Shown here piece by piece: positions 19,046-31,608 of a DNA stretch of 64,000 bases (its first letter is position 1; every line of letters begins with the position of its first letter). Both the position numbers and the translations under genes were made by a program. This DNA comes from Scyliorhinus canicula (Eukaryota): the NCBI RefSeq assembly GCF_902713615.1, contig NC_052149.1, positions 125,553,256-125,617,255 of the forward strand. The letters are read 5' to 3'. The notes under the pieces were generated by a model. It was given only the letters and a program-made list of their open reading frames with translations. It did not search any database and was not told the DNA's origin.

Positions 19046-20091
19046 TGAAGTTACTGTGAAAAGCCCCTAGTCGCCATATTCTGGCGCCTGTTGTGGGACG
19101 CCGGTACGGGAATTGAACCCGCGCTGCTGGCTGTGTTCTGCATTACAAGCCAGCGATTCAGCCCACTGTACTAATCCAGCCCAGTGGGTCTGAGCCCTGT
19201 GTCATGCCCGAAATTTTAACCATGAACTCATTGACCTGTAACTCCTGACTTTACTGTTACCCCTGACCTCACTGACCTCCAATTCCCTCCGTGGCCTCAC
19301 TCCTCCCTACCTCTGCGCCCTGCTGCAGACTCACTTTCCCTCCCTCACCCTTCCATCCTCTGACTCTGGTCTCCTGCCCATCGCTGCTTCCTGCATCCCA
19401 CCATTGACAGCAGAGCCTTCAGACACCTAAACCCTGCTCTCTGAACTCTCACCTTTAATCCCTCCACCTCCATGTTTACTGGTCCTTTCACACAAGCCTT
19501 CGATCAATCTTCCTAAAGTCCTCCCAATCACTCCCCATTCCTCTTGCTGCTACTCTGTTAAACATCCAGAATGTTTTGTACATTAATGCAGGACATAAAT
19601 TCAGGTTGTGTGGCCATTTCCGCTGTGCAATAGCTTGGTATGTTTTGTGCATTAAGGCGCAAATTCCATTTGTGTGTGGATTTCAGGCGGGGAGAGAATT
19701 GAACACAGAGTTGATGGCCAGAGCCGTCAAATATCCTGATAATAGGATCCAGACTTCAACTTAAGAATTGGTCAGTACATGATGGGAATTTTTTAATTGT
19801 AATTGTTCATGTGGTATGGCCATCACTGCTGAGGCCAACATTTATTGTCCAACCCTAAATGCCCTTGCGAAGGTGGTAACAAACCACCCTCATGAACTGC
19901 TGCCATCCATGTGGTGGTGGTACACACACAGTGCTGTTAGTGAGGGAGAGTCTGGAAGTTGACCCAGCAACGGTGAAAGAACAGTGATCTATTTCCAAGT
20001 CACTATGATGTGTATCTTAGGCAGGAATCTCCAGGTGTTGGTGTTCCCATGTGTCTGCAACCCTTATCCTTATGGATGGTAGATGTCGTTG

Positions 20092-20940
20092 GTTTGGATT
20101 TGGATTTGGATTTGTTTATTGTCACGTGTACCGAGGTGCAGTGAAAAGTATTGTTTTGTGTCCAGTCCAAAAGATCATTCTATACATTAGCAAAAGCATA
20201 GGCCATACATAAACACACAATGTAAATACATACGCACAGGCATCGAGTGAAGCATACAGGAGTGCAGTACTACTCAGTAAAGAAGATGTGTGAAGAGATC
20301 AGATCAGTCCATAAGAGGGTCGTTTAGGAGTCAGGTAACAGCGGGGAAGTAGCTGTTTTAGAATCTATTAGTGCATGTTCTCAGACTTTTGTATCTCCTG
20401 CCCGATGGAAGAAGTTCTGCCCGATGGAAGAGGGTGGGAGGAGTCTTTGATTTTGCTGTCCGCTTTCCCCAGGCAGCGGGAGGTGTAGACAGAGTCAATG
20501 GATGGGAGGCAGGCTCGTGTGATGGACTGAGCTGTGTTCATGACTCTGTAATTTCATACAGTCTTGGGCCGAGCAGTTGCCATACCAGGCTGTGATGCAG
20601 CCAGATAGGATGCTTTCTATGGTGCATCTGCAAAAGTTGGTAAGAGACAATGTGGATGTGCCGAATTGCCTTAGTTTCCTGAGGAAGTATAGGCACTGTT
20701 CTGCTTTCTTGGTCGTAGCGTCGACATGGGTGGACCAGGACAGATTGATGGTGATGTGCACACCTAGGAATTTGAAATTGTCAACCATCTCCACCTCGAG
20801 CTCGTTGATGCAGACAGAGGTGTGTATGATACTTTGCTTCCTGCACAACATCGAGGGCCGAAGGGCCTGTTCTGTGCTGTACTGTTCTATGTTCTATGTT
20901 CTATGTTCTAAGTCAATGACAAGCTCTTCAGTTTTGCTGA
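20092..20940 (-). mobile_element. Rex1/Babar-like LINE 3' fragment (contains a short CR1 tail at about 20843-20910)
   Basis: VDNFKFLGVHIT..LSWS.H......KKA.Q.LYFLRKL..FG...CTIESIL.GCITAWYG; (CAAATC)n tail. Confidence 0.8.
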
Positions 20941-22540
20941 CATTGGAAGATTTGGAAGGTGCTGTTGAAAGAACCTTGGTGAATAGCTGAAGTGCATCTC
21001 GTAGATGGTATACAAGGCTGCCACTGTTTGTCGGTGGTGGAGTAGTGAATGTTTGTGGATGGGGAGCCAGTCGAGCAGCTGCTTTGTCCGGATGGTGTTG
21101 AGCTTCTTGAGTGTTGTTGGGGCTGCACTCATCCAGGGAAGTGGAGAGCATTCTATCACACTCCTGACTTGTGCCTTGTAGATGGTGGACAGGCTTTGGG
21201 GAGTTAGGAGGGGAGTTACTCACCGCAGGATTCCCAGCCTCTGACCTGTTCTTGTAGCCACAGTATTTATATGGCTGGTCCAGTTCAGATCCTGGTCGAT
21301 GATAATCCCCAGGATGTTGATTATGGGGGCTTCAATGATGGTAACGCCATTGAATGTCAAAGGGAGATGGTTTGATTTTCCCTTGTTGGAGACGGCCAAT
21401 GCCTGGAACTTTTGATGGCACAATTGATACTTGCCACATGCCAGTCCAAATGTGGACATTGCCCAGGTCTTGCTGCATTTGGACATGGACTGCTTCAGTC
21501 CTTGGGGAGATGTGAATGCTGCTGAACATTGTGCAAATCCCCACTCTGACCTTATGTTGGAAAGAAGCAGCTGAAGATGGTTGGGCCTCGGGCCCTACCT
21601 TGAGGAAAGCCTGCAGTGATGTCCTGGAGCTGAAATAATTGACCTCCACAATCACATCCATCTTCCTTTGTGCTGGGTATGACTCCAACCAGCAGAGAGT
21701 TTCCCCCCTGATTCCCATTGACTCCAGTTTTGCTCAGGTTCCTTGATGCCAAACTCGGTCAAATGCTGCCTCGATGTCAAGGGCAGTCACTCTGGCCTCA
21801 CCTCTGGAGTTCAGCTCTTTTGTCCATGTTTGAACCAAGGCTGTAATAAGGTCGGTATCTGAGTGGCTCTGGCGGAACCCAAACTGAGCGTCAGTGGACA
21901 GGGTATTGCTGAGTAAATGCCACTTGATAACACTGTTGATGACTCCTTCCACCACTTTATTGATGATCAAGAGTAGACTGACAAGGCAGTAATTGGCTGG
22001 ATTGGATTTGTTTCTTGTGTACTGGATATAGCTGGGCCATATTCCACATTTCCAGGTAGATGTCAGTGTTGTAGCTGTACCGGAACAGCTTGGCTAAGGG
22101 TGCAGCAAGTTCTGGAGCACAATTCTTCAGTACTATTGCCGGATTATTGCCAGTTCCCATAGCCTTTGCAGTATCCAGTGCCTCCAGCCGTTTCCTGATA
22201 TCACGCGGAGTGAATCAAACTGGCTGAAGACTGAATCTGTGATGTTGGGGACGTCCGGAGGAGACCGAGATGGATCATCCACTCGGCACTTCTGGCTGAA
22301 GATTGTTGAGAACACTTCAGCTTTACCTTTTGCACAGATGCGCTGGGTTCCTCCATCATTGAGGATGGGGATATTTCTGGAGCCGCCTCCTCCAGTGAGT
22401 TGTTCAATTGGCCGCCACCATTCACCAGTGGATGCGGCAGGACTGCAGAGCTTGGATCTGATCTGTTGCTTGTGGAATTGCTTCATTTTGTCTATCGCTA
22501 CTGTCTTGTGATGCTCTTGGCGTAGCATAAGCTGCTTCCT

Positions 22541-22977
22541 TGATGTTCACTCTGACAAAGGAAGGTTCAGACGTGGAGATACCTTCAACACGTTTATTAA
22601 ACTATTTACAATTCTCCTACTCGGGTTTGCCTCTACTGTTAATCCTTCTGTAGCTACTCAGATTGACGAACCAGTCTGCTACAATCCACGTGGTGGTGTG
22701 ATGTTGAATCAACCCTGTGTCTGTACTCACTGAGTGTCTCCACTGGAAAGAGGAAGATCATGTGTGCTGTGTCCTTTATATATGAGTTGGTGTAATGCCC
22801 CCCTGTAGTAGTGTCACCTCTGTGTGTATCATGAATGCCCATTGGTCGTGTCCTATCTAACTGACCTATTGGTTGAGTGTCTGTGTGTCATGTTTCTGGT
22901 GCTCCCTCTAGTGTCTAGCTAGTCTACGTGTACTTACATTAACCCCTTGTGTATCTACAGTGATGCATATCACCACA
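22541..22977 (-). mobile_element. Solo LTR
   Basis: TG...CA ends, TATA- and AATAAA-like signals on the minus strand, interrupts the LINE; shares motifs with 60167-60513; no clear TSD. Confidence 0.6.
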
Positions 22978-23918
22978 GCTAGCTTCTTATGCTGTTCAGC
23001 TCGCAAGTAGTCCTGTGTTGTAGCGTCACCAGGTTGACACCTCATTTCTCTGTCTGCCAGTGTTGCTGCTTGTGCTGTCCTGCATGCTTCATTGAATCAG
23101 ATGTGACCCTCTGGCTTGGTGGGTAATGGGAGAGTTGGGGATATGTTGGGCCATGAGGTTACAGATTGTAATGAGTACAATTCTGCTGCTGCTGCTGACC
23201 CACAGCTCCTCATCGATGCCCAGTCTCGAGTTGCATGGTCCATTCAAAGTCTATCCCATTTAGCACGGTGGTAGCCACAAACATGGTGGAGAGTATCCTC
23301 AATATGGAGACGGGACTTTGTCTCCGCAAAGACTGTGGGGTGGTCACTCCTTCTGATACTGTCTGGATAGATGCATCTGTGGCAGGTATGTTTTTGCCTT
23401 TTGTTCTTTCCCCCATCACTTGCCGCAGGCCCAGTCGAGCAGCTATGTCCCGTCAGCTCGGTCTCTGGTGGCACTACCGAGCCACTCTTGGTGATGGACA
23501 TTGAAGTCCCCCACACAGAGCATATTCTGTGCCCTTTCCACCCTCAGTGCTTCCTCAAAGTGGTGTTCAGTATGAAGGAGTTCTGATTCATCAGCTGATG
23601 GTGGATGATACGTGGTAATCAGCAAGAGGTTTCCTTGCCCATGTTTGAACTGATGTGATGTAATTTCATGGGGTCCAGAGTAAATGTATTGAACTCCAAG
23701 GGCAACTCGCTCCCGACCGTATACCACTGTGTCACCACCTCTGCTGGGTCTGTCCTGCCGGTGAGACAGGACATACCCAGGGATGGTGATGGTGGTGTCT
23801 GGGACATTATCTGTAAGGTATGAAGCCATGAATATAATTAAATCAGGCTGTTGCCGACTTGTCTGTGGGACAGCTTTTCCCAATTTTGACACAAGCCTCC
23901 AGATATTAGCCAAGAGGA

Positions 23919-24341
23919 CTGAGCTCCATTTCCCAGCCCAGGCATTTTGTCTTCCAATGAATGAATGAGATGCCAATTTGGAGCCAGGTTAGGGACAGTC
24001 TCGTGCTGTGGACCCAGGTCTACAAGAGGCAATTGGAGATATCCCTGAAAGGGAAAGATTTGCTGGGTTATGGGGATAGAGAGGGGGAGTGGGACTAATT
24101 GGGTAAGTCACAGCACGATGGGCAGAATGGCCTCCTTCTGTGCTGGAAGATTCGAGGTAGTGGACACGGTTCACAGTTTCTCCCGTGTTAGTAACAAACA
24201 TCCAGCTGCTCTGAGCCTCTTCTTTCACTTCCTCTGTTGGTTATGTTTCAATCTTCCGATCTAACAGTCTTTGCTGTTATTTTTTACACTGGGGGTTTCT
24301 GCTGTGGTCTGAATCTCTAACAATAACTGTCCAATCAGTGA
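23919..24341. repeat. 423-bp block, inverted duplicate of 50129-50551; candidate enhancer
   Basis: Same length, roughly 95% identical by eye; contains EICE, E-box, RUNX and kB-like motifs. Confidence 0.85.
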
Positions 24342-24839
24342 CAAGGACAGCAGCTAAGAGCAGTCAGGACTGAGGAGCCAGGCTCACTGGGAAACACATT
24401 GGGAAGATCAAAGCCATCGTCTTCAGCTCCCGATACAAACTCCACCCCTCTCCCTGAGCACTGTCTGTTGCTCAACCAGACTCTTTTCAGCATTGGCCTC
24501 ATCTTTGACCCCGATCTGAACCCCCCCAAATCCAAATCCTCCACATCACAAAGATCAGCCACTCCCCCCGAGAATTGGAATGTGCCGATTACACAGAAGG
24601 AGAGGTTTCACAAACAGGGAGGAGACGCGTGAAAGACTTGGGCAGAGTAGAGACAGATGAGTGAAGGGACAGATAGGTGAGTGACACAATTCAATGTCCA
24701 GGAGTTTGAGATCATGGTTTATAGGAGGAAAAGTAATGGAAAGAGTGTGTAGAAGCAGAGAGAGCTTCAATTCCATCATTCCTTAAAAGTGGAATTGCAG
24801 CTTGATGAAGCCCTGAATTCAAATGATCAACAGCGTTAG

Positions 24840-27800
24840 TGTGGTAGTCACCACTGATGTATATACTGTATATAGAGGATGTTGATGTAGGTGCTTTACG
24901 GTAAGGCCCTGTACTACAGGTACGGGGGTGGTTCCCTGCCTGCTTGCTCCGCTCAGCAGGCAGAGTATTAATATGTGTGCTCCCCGTACAGCAGCCATTT
25001 CGCCAGCTGCTGTAGGAGGCCACACTTCTTAGTGTAATAAAGCCTCGATTGCATTCAACTCTCGTCTTTGTGCAATTGATTGTGCATCAATTTATTATAC
25101 TAAGTGTTTCAGAAGATGGACCTCCGCATCAAACGGGATTGCCTGCAGCTGTATCCGCAAGCAGACAACGCCGAAAAGGACCTTGAACATTGGCTAGCCT
25201 GTTTTGAAGCGTATATTGGGTCTGCGCCAGACACAATCCCAGAAGTACAGAAGATCCAGATCCTTTACACGCGGCTGAGCTCCAACGTCTTTCCGCTTAT
25301 CCAGGACGCGCCGACCTACGCAGAAGCCATGGCGCTACTGAAGGAAAACTACGCTCAGCGGACTAACACACTCTACGCCAGGCACCTCCTCTCCACACGG
25401 CGTCAACTTCTCGGTGAGTCGGTGGAAGATTTCTGGCATGCCCTGCTCGCCCTAGTTAGAGACTGTGACTGTCAGGCCGTTTCGGCCACTGAACATTCGA
25501 ATTTGCTGATGAGAGAGGCCTAGGGTCCGATTACATCTGCCAGCGCCTCTTAGAGGGGGCCATGCTCGACCTCGCGGAGACCAAAAAGCGAGCGCTCTCA
25601 CTTATGGTCGCATCACGCAATGTTCAGGCCTATGCCCCCGACCGCGCGGTCCACCCCCCCTGTGCATCGTGGACTCTGCAGACGGCCGCCCCATCGTGGA
25701 CCCCATCAGCAGCCGCTCTCAGCCAACCCCACGCCTATGCCGCGTGACAGCCAACCAACACCGAGGAGCCCAAATGCTACTTCTGTGGGCAGTCAAAACA
25801 CCCCCGACAGTGCTGCCCGGCCCGGAGCGCACTCTGCAAAGCCTGTGGCAAAGGACATTTTGCGTTAGTGCGCCAGGCCCGCTTAATCGTCGCCATTGTC
25901 CCGGCACCCCCCACGTGCGGCCTGTTGACGCCGCCATCTTGTTCCTCCCAGGACCAATGGGCGCCGCCATCTTGTTTTCCCCATGAAATGTGCGGCCCGT
26001 GGGCGCTGCCATCTTACCCGACCCAGGACCCATCCCCCCCCGGGCACCTCATCCGGCCACTTATCGCCTGCAACCGCCGATGACCAGCTGCATCTCGCCT
26101 CGGTCACGATTGACCAGTCTCATCCACACAACCTAGCAACTGCTTCAGCTAAAGTGAAGGTCAAAGGGCACGAGATCTCCTGCCTGCTGGACTCCGGGAG
26201 CACCGAGAGCTTCATTCACCCCAATGCGGTAAGGTGCTGCTCCCTCACGGTACACCCCGCTAATCAGAGAATCTCCCTGGCCCCCGGGTCCCACTCCGTG
26301 ACGATCCGGGGGTATTGCATCGCCACTCTCACTGTCCAGGGCATGGAGTTCAGAAGCTTCCGCCTCTACGTCCTTCCCAACCTCCGCCCTGCCCTGCTAC
26401 TCGGCCTGGACTGCCAGTGCAACCTCCAGAGCCTAACACTGAAATTCGGCAGGCTCCTACCACCCCTTATTGTGTGCGGCCTCGCAACCCTTAAGGTTGA
26501 TCCGCCTTCCCTCTTTGCAAATCTTTTTAAAAAATAAATTTAGCGTATCCAATAATTTTTTTCCAATTATGGGGCAATTTAGCGTGGCCAGCCCACCTAA
26601 CCTGCACATCTTTGGGTTGTGGGGGTGAAACCCACGCAGACACGGGGAGAATGTGCAAACTCCACATGGACAGTGACCCAGGGCCGGGATTCGAACCCGG
26701 GTCCTCAGCGCCGTAGGCAGCAATGCTAACCACTGTGCCACCGTGCTGCCCTCTCTCTCGCAAATCTAACCCCGGATTGCAAACCCGTCGCCACCAGGAG
26801 CAGACGGTGCAGCGCGCAGGACAGGACCTTTATCAGGTCTGAGATCCAGCAACTGCTACGGGAAGGCATCATCGAGGCCAGCAACAGCCCCTGGAGAGCC
26901 CAAGTGGTAGTTGTGAAAACCGGGGAAAAAAACAGGATGGTCGTTGACTACAGTCAGACCGTCAATCGGTACACGTAGCTCAACGTGTACCCCCTCCCAC
27001 GCATATCTGATATGGTCAGTCAGATTGCACAGTTCCGGGTCTTCTCAACTGTGGACGTGAAATCTGCCTACCACCAGCTCCCCATCCATAAGGCGGACCG
27101 CCCATACACTGCTTTCGAGGCAGACGGCCGCCTTTACCACTTTCTTAGGGTTTCCTTTGGCGTCGCAAACAGGGTCTTAGTCTTCCAACGGGAGATGGAC
27201 CGAATGGTTGACCGGTACGGACAATGTCACCATCTGCGGCCACGATCAGCAGGACCATGACGCCAACCTTGCCAAATTTCTTCACACCGCCACTCTCCTC
27301 AACCTCACGTATAACAAGGAGAAGTGCGTGTTCAGCACGAACCGCTTAGCCATCCTCGGCTATGTGGTCCAGAACGGAGTTCTGGGGACCGACCCCGTTC
27401 GCATGCGTCCTCTCATGGAACTCCCCCTCCCCCACTGCCCCAAGGCCCTCAAACAATGCCTGGGGTTCTTTTCTTATTATGCCCAGTGGGTCCCAAACTA
27501 TGCGGACAAGGCCCGCCCACTCATTCAATCCACTGTTTTTCCCCTGACGGCCGAGGCTCATCAAGCCTTTAACCTGTTCAAGGCTGACATCGCCAAGGCC
27601 GCGATGCATGCGGTCGACGAGACGTTACCATTCCAAGTCGAGAGCGATGCATCAGACGTCGCTCTGGCTGCCAACCTCAACCAGGCAGGCCCGTTGCATT
27701 CTTTTCCCGCACCCACCATGCCTCCGAATTTCGGCATTCCTCTGTCGATAAAGAGGCCCAAGCCATCGTTGAAGTTGTGCGGCATTGGAGGCATTAGCTG

Positions 27801-28771
27801 GCCGGCAGGAAATTCACTCTCCTCACTGACCAATGGTTGGTTGCCTTCATGTTTAATAACACACAGCGGGGCAAGTTTAAACATGATAAAATCTTGAGGT
27901 GGAGGATCAAGCTCTCCACCTACAATAACGAGATTTTGTATCACCCGGTAAGCTCAACAAGCCCCCTGATGCCCTAGCCCAAGGTACATGTGCCAGCGCA
28001 CAAGTGGACCGACTCCGGACTCTGCACGACAACCTCTGTCACCCGGGGGTCATACGTTTTTACCATTTCATCAAGGCCCGCAATCTGCCCCACTCCATCG
28101 AGGAAGTCAGGGCAATCACCAGAGACTGCCAGGTCTGCGCGGAGTGTAAACCGCACTTCCACCGGCCAGAACGTGCATGCCTGTTGAAGGCCACCCAGAC
28201 TTTGAACACCTCAGTGTGGACTTAAAAGGGCCCCTCCCCTCCACCGACCGTAACATGTACTTCCTCAGTGTGGTTGATGAATATTCCAGATTCCCCTTCG
28301 CCATCCCATGCCCCGATATGACGTCTGCCACCGTCATCAAAGCCCTGAACACCAACTTCGTTCTGTTCGGCTTCCCCGCCTACGTCCACAGCGACCGGGG
28401 ATCCTCGTTCATGAGCGATGCGCTGCGCCAGTTCCTGCTCAACAGGGGCATTGCCTCGAGCAGGACGACCAGCTACAACCCCAGGGGCAACGGGCAGGTG
28501 GAGTGGGAGAATGGGACTGTCTGGAGGGCCGTCCAGCTGGCCCTACAGTCCAGAAATCTCCCGGCCTCCCGCAGGAGGAGGTCTTCCCCGATAAACTTCA
28601 CTCCACTCGGTCGCTCCTTTGCACTGTGACTAATGAAACACCCCATGAACGTCTCTTTGCCTTCCATAGGAAATCCACATTTCGCCAGCTGCTGTAGGAG
28701 GCCACACTTCTTAGTGTAATAAAGCCTCGATTACATCCAACTCTCGTCTTTGTGTAATTGATTGTGCATCA
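24840..28771 (+). mobile_element. Degenerate Gypsy LTR retrotransposon (gag-PR-RT-RH-IN), 3' end partly deleted
   Basis: 5' LTR 24840-25089; gag from ATG 25116 with double CCHC-like knuckle near 25775-25885; LLDSGS protease; YPLPRI/SAYHQ RT; SDASD RNase H; DEYSRF/SDRG integrase; 3' LTR remnant about 28677-28771; GTTAG/ATTAG TSD. Confidence 0.92.
26525..26751 (-). mobile_element. Short A-tailed V-SINE (same variant as 1611-1837) inserted in Gypsy pol
   Basis: Near-identical to 1611-1837; TSD of about 14 bp CTCT..GCAAATCT. Confidence 0.9.
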
Positions 28772-29067
28772 ATTAGGAATTTTAAAACGACAGATAGTAG
28801 AAATCTGGAATCCAAACTGAGATTTCACTAAACATTCAGCAGCCTCTGGGGAATGAAAGCTTCGGGTTATTATTCAAACTGCAATTAATAACCATGTGAA
28901 TCTGTGGAGAAAACAGGACTATAGGGAGAAAGCGGGTGAGTGGGATTAGGAATATAGGAACAGGAGGAGGCCATTAGCAAATCAAGCCTGTCCCACCATT
29001 CAATTAGATCATGACTGTGAATCTCAACTCCATTTCTCCAGCTTGCTCCATGACACTCAATAACCTT

Positions 29068-29763
29068 AGCCGGGGTTCTCCCCTACCCGACGGGGCGGGG
29101 GGTCCCGGCGTACCGGAGTGGCGAGAATCACTCCGGCATTGGGCCTTCCCAAAGGTGCGGAGGCTAGGCCCGTGCCGGAGTGGTTCCCGCTCCGCCGACC
29201 GGCGCGAACGGTCTTTGGCGCCCCGCCAGCCAGGGCCGAAAGGCCTTCGCCGACCGGCGTGAGTCCGCGCATGCGCCGGAGTGTCAGCGGCCGCTGACGT
29301 CATCCCGGCGCATGCGCGGTGGAGGGGGTCTCTTCCTCCTCCGCCATGGTGGAGGACGTGGCGGCGGCGGAAGAAAAAGAGTGCCCCACGGCACTGGCCC
29401 GCCCGCCGATCGGTGGGCCCCGATCGCGGGCCAGGCCACCGTGGGGACACCCCCCCCGGGGTCAGATCGCCCCGTGCCCCCTCCCGGACCCCGGGGCCCA
29501 CTCGCGCCACCTGCTCCCGCCGGCACCAGAGGTGGTTTAAACCACGTTGGTGGGAGGGACCTGACAGCGGCGGGACTTCGGCCCATTGCCGGAGAATTGC
29601 CGTGGGGGGCCCGCCAACCGGTGCGGGGACCGCCGACCGGCGCGCCGTGAATCCGGCCCCCGCCGATTCCCGGGTGGCGGAGAATTCCGGCCACGGTGGG
29701 GGCGGGATGTACGCCGGCCCCAGGCGATTTTCTGACCCTGCGGGGGGTCGGAGAATTCCACCC
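29068..29763. mobile_element. GC-rich PIF/Harbinger-like MITE inserted in a minus-strand CR1 3' end (about 28945-29870)
   Basis: Imperfect 14-bp TIRs (AGCCGGGGTTCTCC / GGAGAATTCCACCC), 3-bp TSD CTT; CR1 tail is continuous across it. Confidence 0.7.
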
Positions 29764-29911
29764 CTTGTGTCAGAAAAATCCATCAAGCTCAGTATGAACA
29801 TTTTCAATTAACCCCCGCAGTTTCATCAGCGTTTTTTTCCAGATTTCCTTCAAGTGAAGAAATGTTTCCTGACGTCAGCCCTGATTCGGCCAGCTGGAAT
29901 TTGAAGATTCT

Positions 29912-31008
29912 GGCTAGAATTCACCAGCTGTTGCAATGCACCCCTCCCTGCAGGCAATGCACCCCTCCCTGCAGGCAATGCACCCCTCCCTGCAGGCAAT
30001 GCACCCCTCCCTGCAGGCAATGCACCCCTCCCTGCAGGCAATGCACCCCTCCCTGCAGGCAATGCACCCCTCCCTGCAGGCAATGCACTCCTCCCTGCAG
30101 GCATTGCACCCCTCCCTGCAGGCAATGCACCCCTCCCTGCAGGCAATGCACCCCTCCCTGCAGGCAATGCATCCCTCCCTGCAGGCAATGCACCCCTCCC
30201 TGCAGGCAATGCAGCCCTCCCTGCAGGCAATGCACCCCTCCCTGCAGGCAATGCACCCCTCCCTGCAGGCAATGCAGCCCTCCCTGCAGGCAATGCACCC
30301 CTCCCTGCAGGCATTGCACCCCTCCCTGCAGGCAATGCACCCCTCCCTGCAGGCAATGCATCCCTCCCTGCAGGCAATGCACCCCTCCCTGCAGGCATTG
30401 CACCCTTCCCTGCAGGCAATGCACCCCTCCCTGCAGGCAATGCACCCCTCCCTGCAGGCAATGCACCCCTCCCTGCAGGCAATGCGCCCCTCCCTGCAGG
30501 CAATGCGCCCCTCCCTGTAGGCAATGCGCCCCTCCCTGCAGACAATGCGCCCCTCCCTGCAGGCATTGCACCCCTCCCTGCAGGCAATGCACCCCTCCCT
30601 GCAGGCAATGCACCCCTCCCTGCAGGCATTGCACCCCGTCCCTGGAGGCAATGCACCCCTCCCTGCAGGCAATGCACCCCTCCCTGCAGGCAATGCACTC
30701 CTCCCTGCAGGCATTGCATCCCTCCCTGCAGGCAATGCACCCCTCCCTGCAGGCAATGCACCCCTCCCTGCAGGCAATGCACCCCTCCCTGCAGATAATA
30801 CACCCCTCCCTGCAGGCAATGCACCCCTCCCTGCAGGCAATGCACCCCTCCCTGCAGGCAATGCACCCCTCCCTGTAGGGTTTCCTGGTGGCATGGGGAG
30901 GCTTCAATGGGAAAACTAATTGTCAAGCGGTGGGGGTAATGAATTACACCGCCAGCGAATGGTGCGCTGACAAGAAATTTGCGGCTCGCGGAATGGAGAA
31001 TCCAGCCC
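29912..31008. mobile_element. Possible Harbinger-like MITE whose interior expanded into the 21-bp array
   Basis: GGCTAGAATTCACC at the left, GGAGAATCCAGCCC at the right. Confidence 0.35.
29932..30877. repeat. 21-bp minisatellite, about 45 copies
   Basis: Unit TGCAGGCAATGCACCCCTCCC. Confidence 0.97.
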
Positions 31009-31608
31009 TCTGCGTCCTTGGTCTCGACTCCTCCACCAGAGGACATAATTTATTTCTGTCAAAGCCAATCATCTTCAATCTTTATTCATCTTAAACACCT
31101 CAATTAGCTCACCACTACATTTTCTTCATTCAAAGGAATAAAAGCTGACTTGATACAATCCAACCTGATAATTTAACCCTTTGAGCACCTCTGTCATTCT
31201 GTTGAAACTATGCTGTACCCTCTCCATGGTCAATACATTCTTCCTGAGGTACAGTATCGTGAACTGAAGCCGGTGTTCTCAATCCAGTCAATGCTGAGCT
31301 TTATACAACAGTAACATAACCCCTTTGTACTCCATCCCCCTTGATATCAAGAATAATACCCATTGGTCTTATTCAATCCGCTTTTAGTGCTTTCTGTACT
31401 CGGAGCCCAAAACCTCTCTGTTCCTCCACAATTCCCAGCTTCCCACCATTTAGAAATGACTCTGATTTCTCTTTCTTTGGTCCAAAGTGGATGATTTCAC
31501 AGCCCCACATTGATCTCCATCTGCCACTGCCTTCAGTCCCCATTGTTGTCTTTTTTACTTGCTATAAATATGGCAGTCAATAAGGTTACCCTTCTTTTAT
31601 CTAGATAG

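Larger units (their letters stand above)
16441..19182 (-). mobile_element. tRNA-derived SINE (same family as 61175-61351) split by a CR1: head 19182-19037, tail 16479-16441
   Basis: Head GGGCTGGATTAG...GGTTCAATTCCCGTACC...CAGTAACTTCATTG and tail AAGCCTACTTGTGACAATAAGCGAT join into the intact 61175 copy. Confidence 0.85.
16265..19560 (+). mobile_element. L2 LINE 3' fragment (16265-16435 and 19200-19560) interrupted by a SINE and a CR1
   Basis: Right piece reads like L.GL.PPYL..LLQ...P...L.SS.SGLL......TI..RAF.....LWNS. Confidence 0.5.
19810..23920 (-). mobile_element. Old CR1/L2-group LINE (family of 50633-52590), degenerate, with nested Rex1 fragment and solo LTR
   Basis: EN (LTDNVPDTTITIPGYVLSHRQDRPSRGG, GDFNVHH), RT (CAPELAAPLAKLF, QFGFRQ, LDIEAAFDRVWH), tail GGACAATAAATGTTGGCC near 19825-19860. 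Confidence 0.85.

Noticed and set aside
29004-29811. Overlapping GC-rich ORFs here and at 44645-45213
   Set aside because: Stop-poor GC-rich MITE sequence, no recognisable domain.
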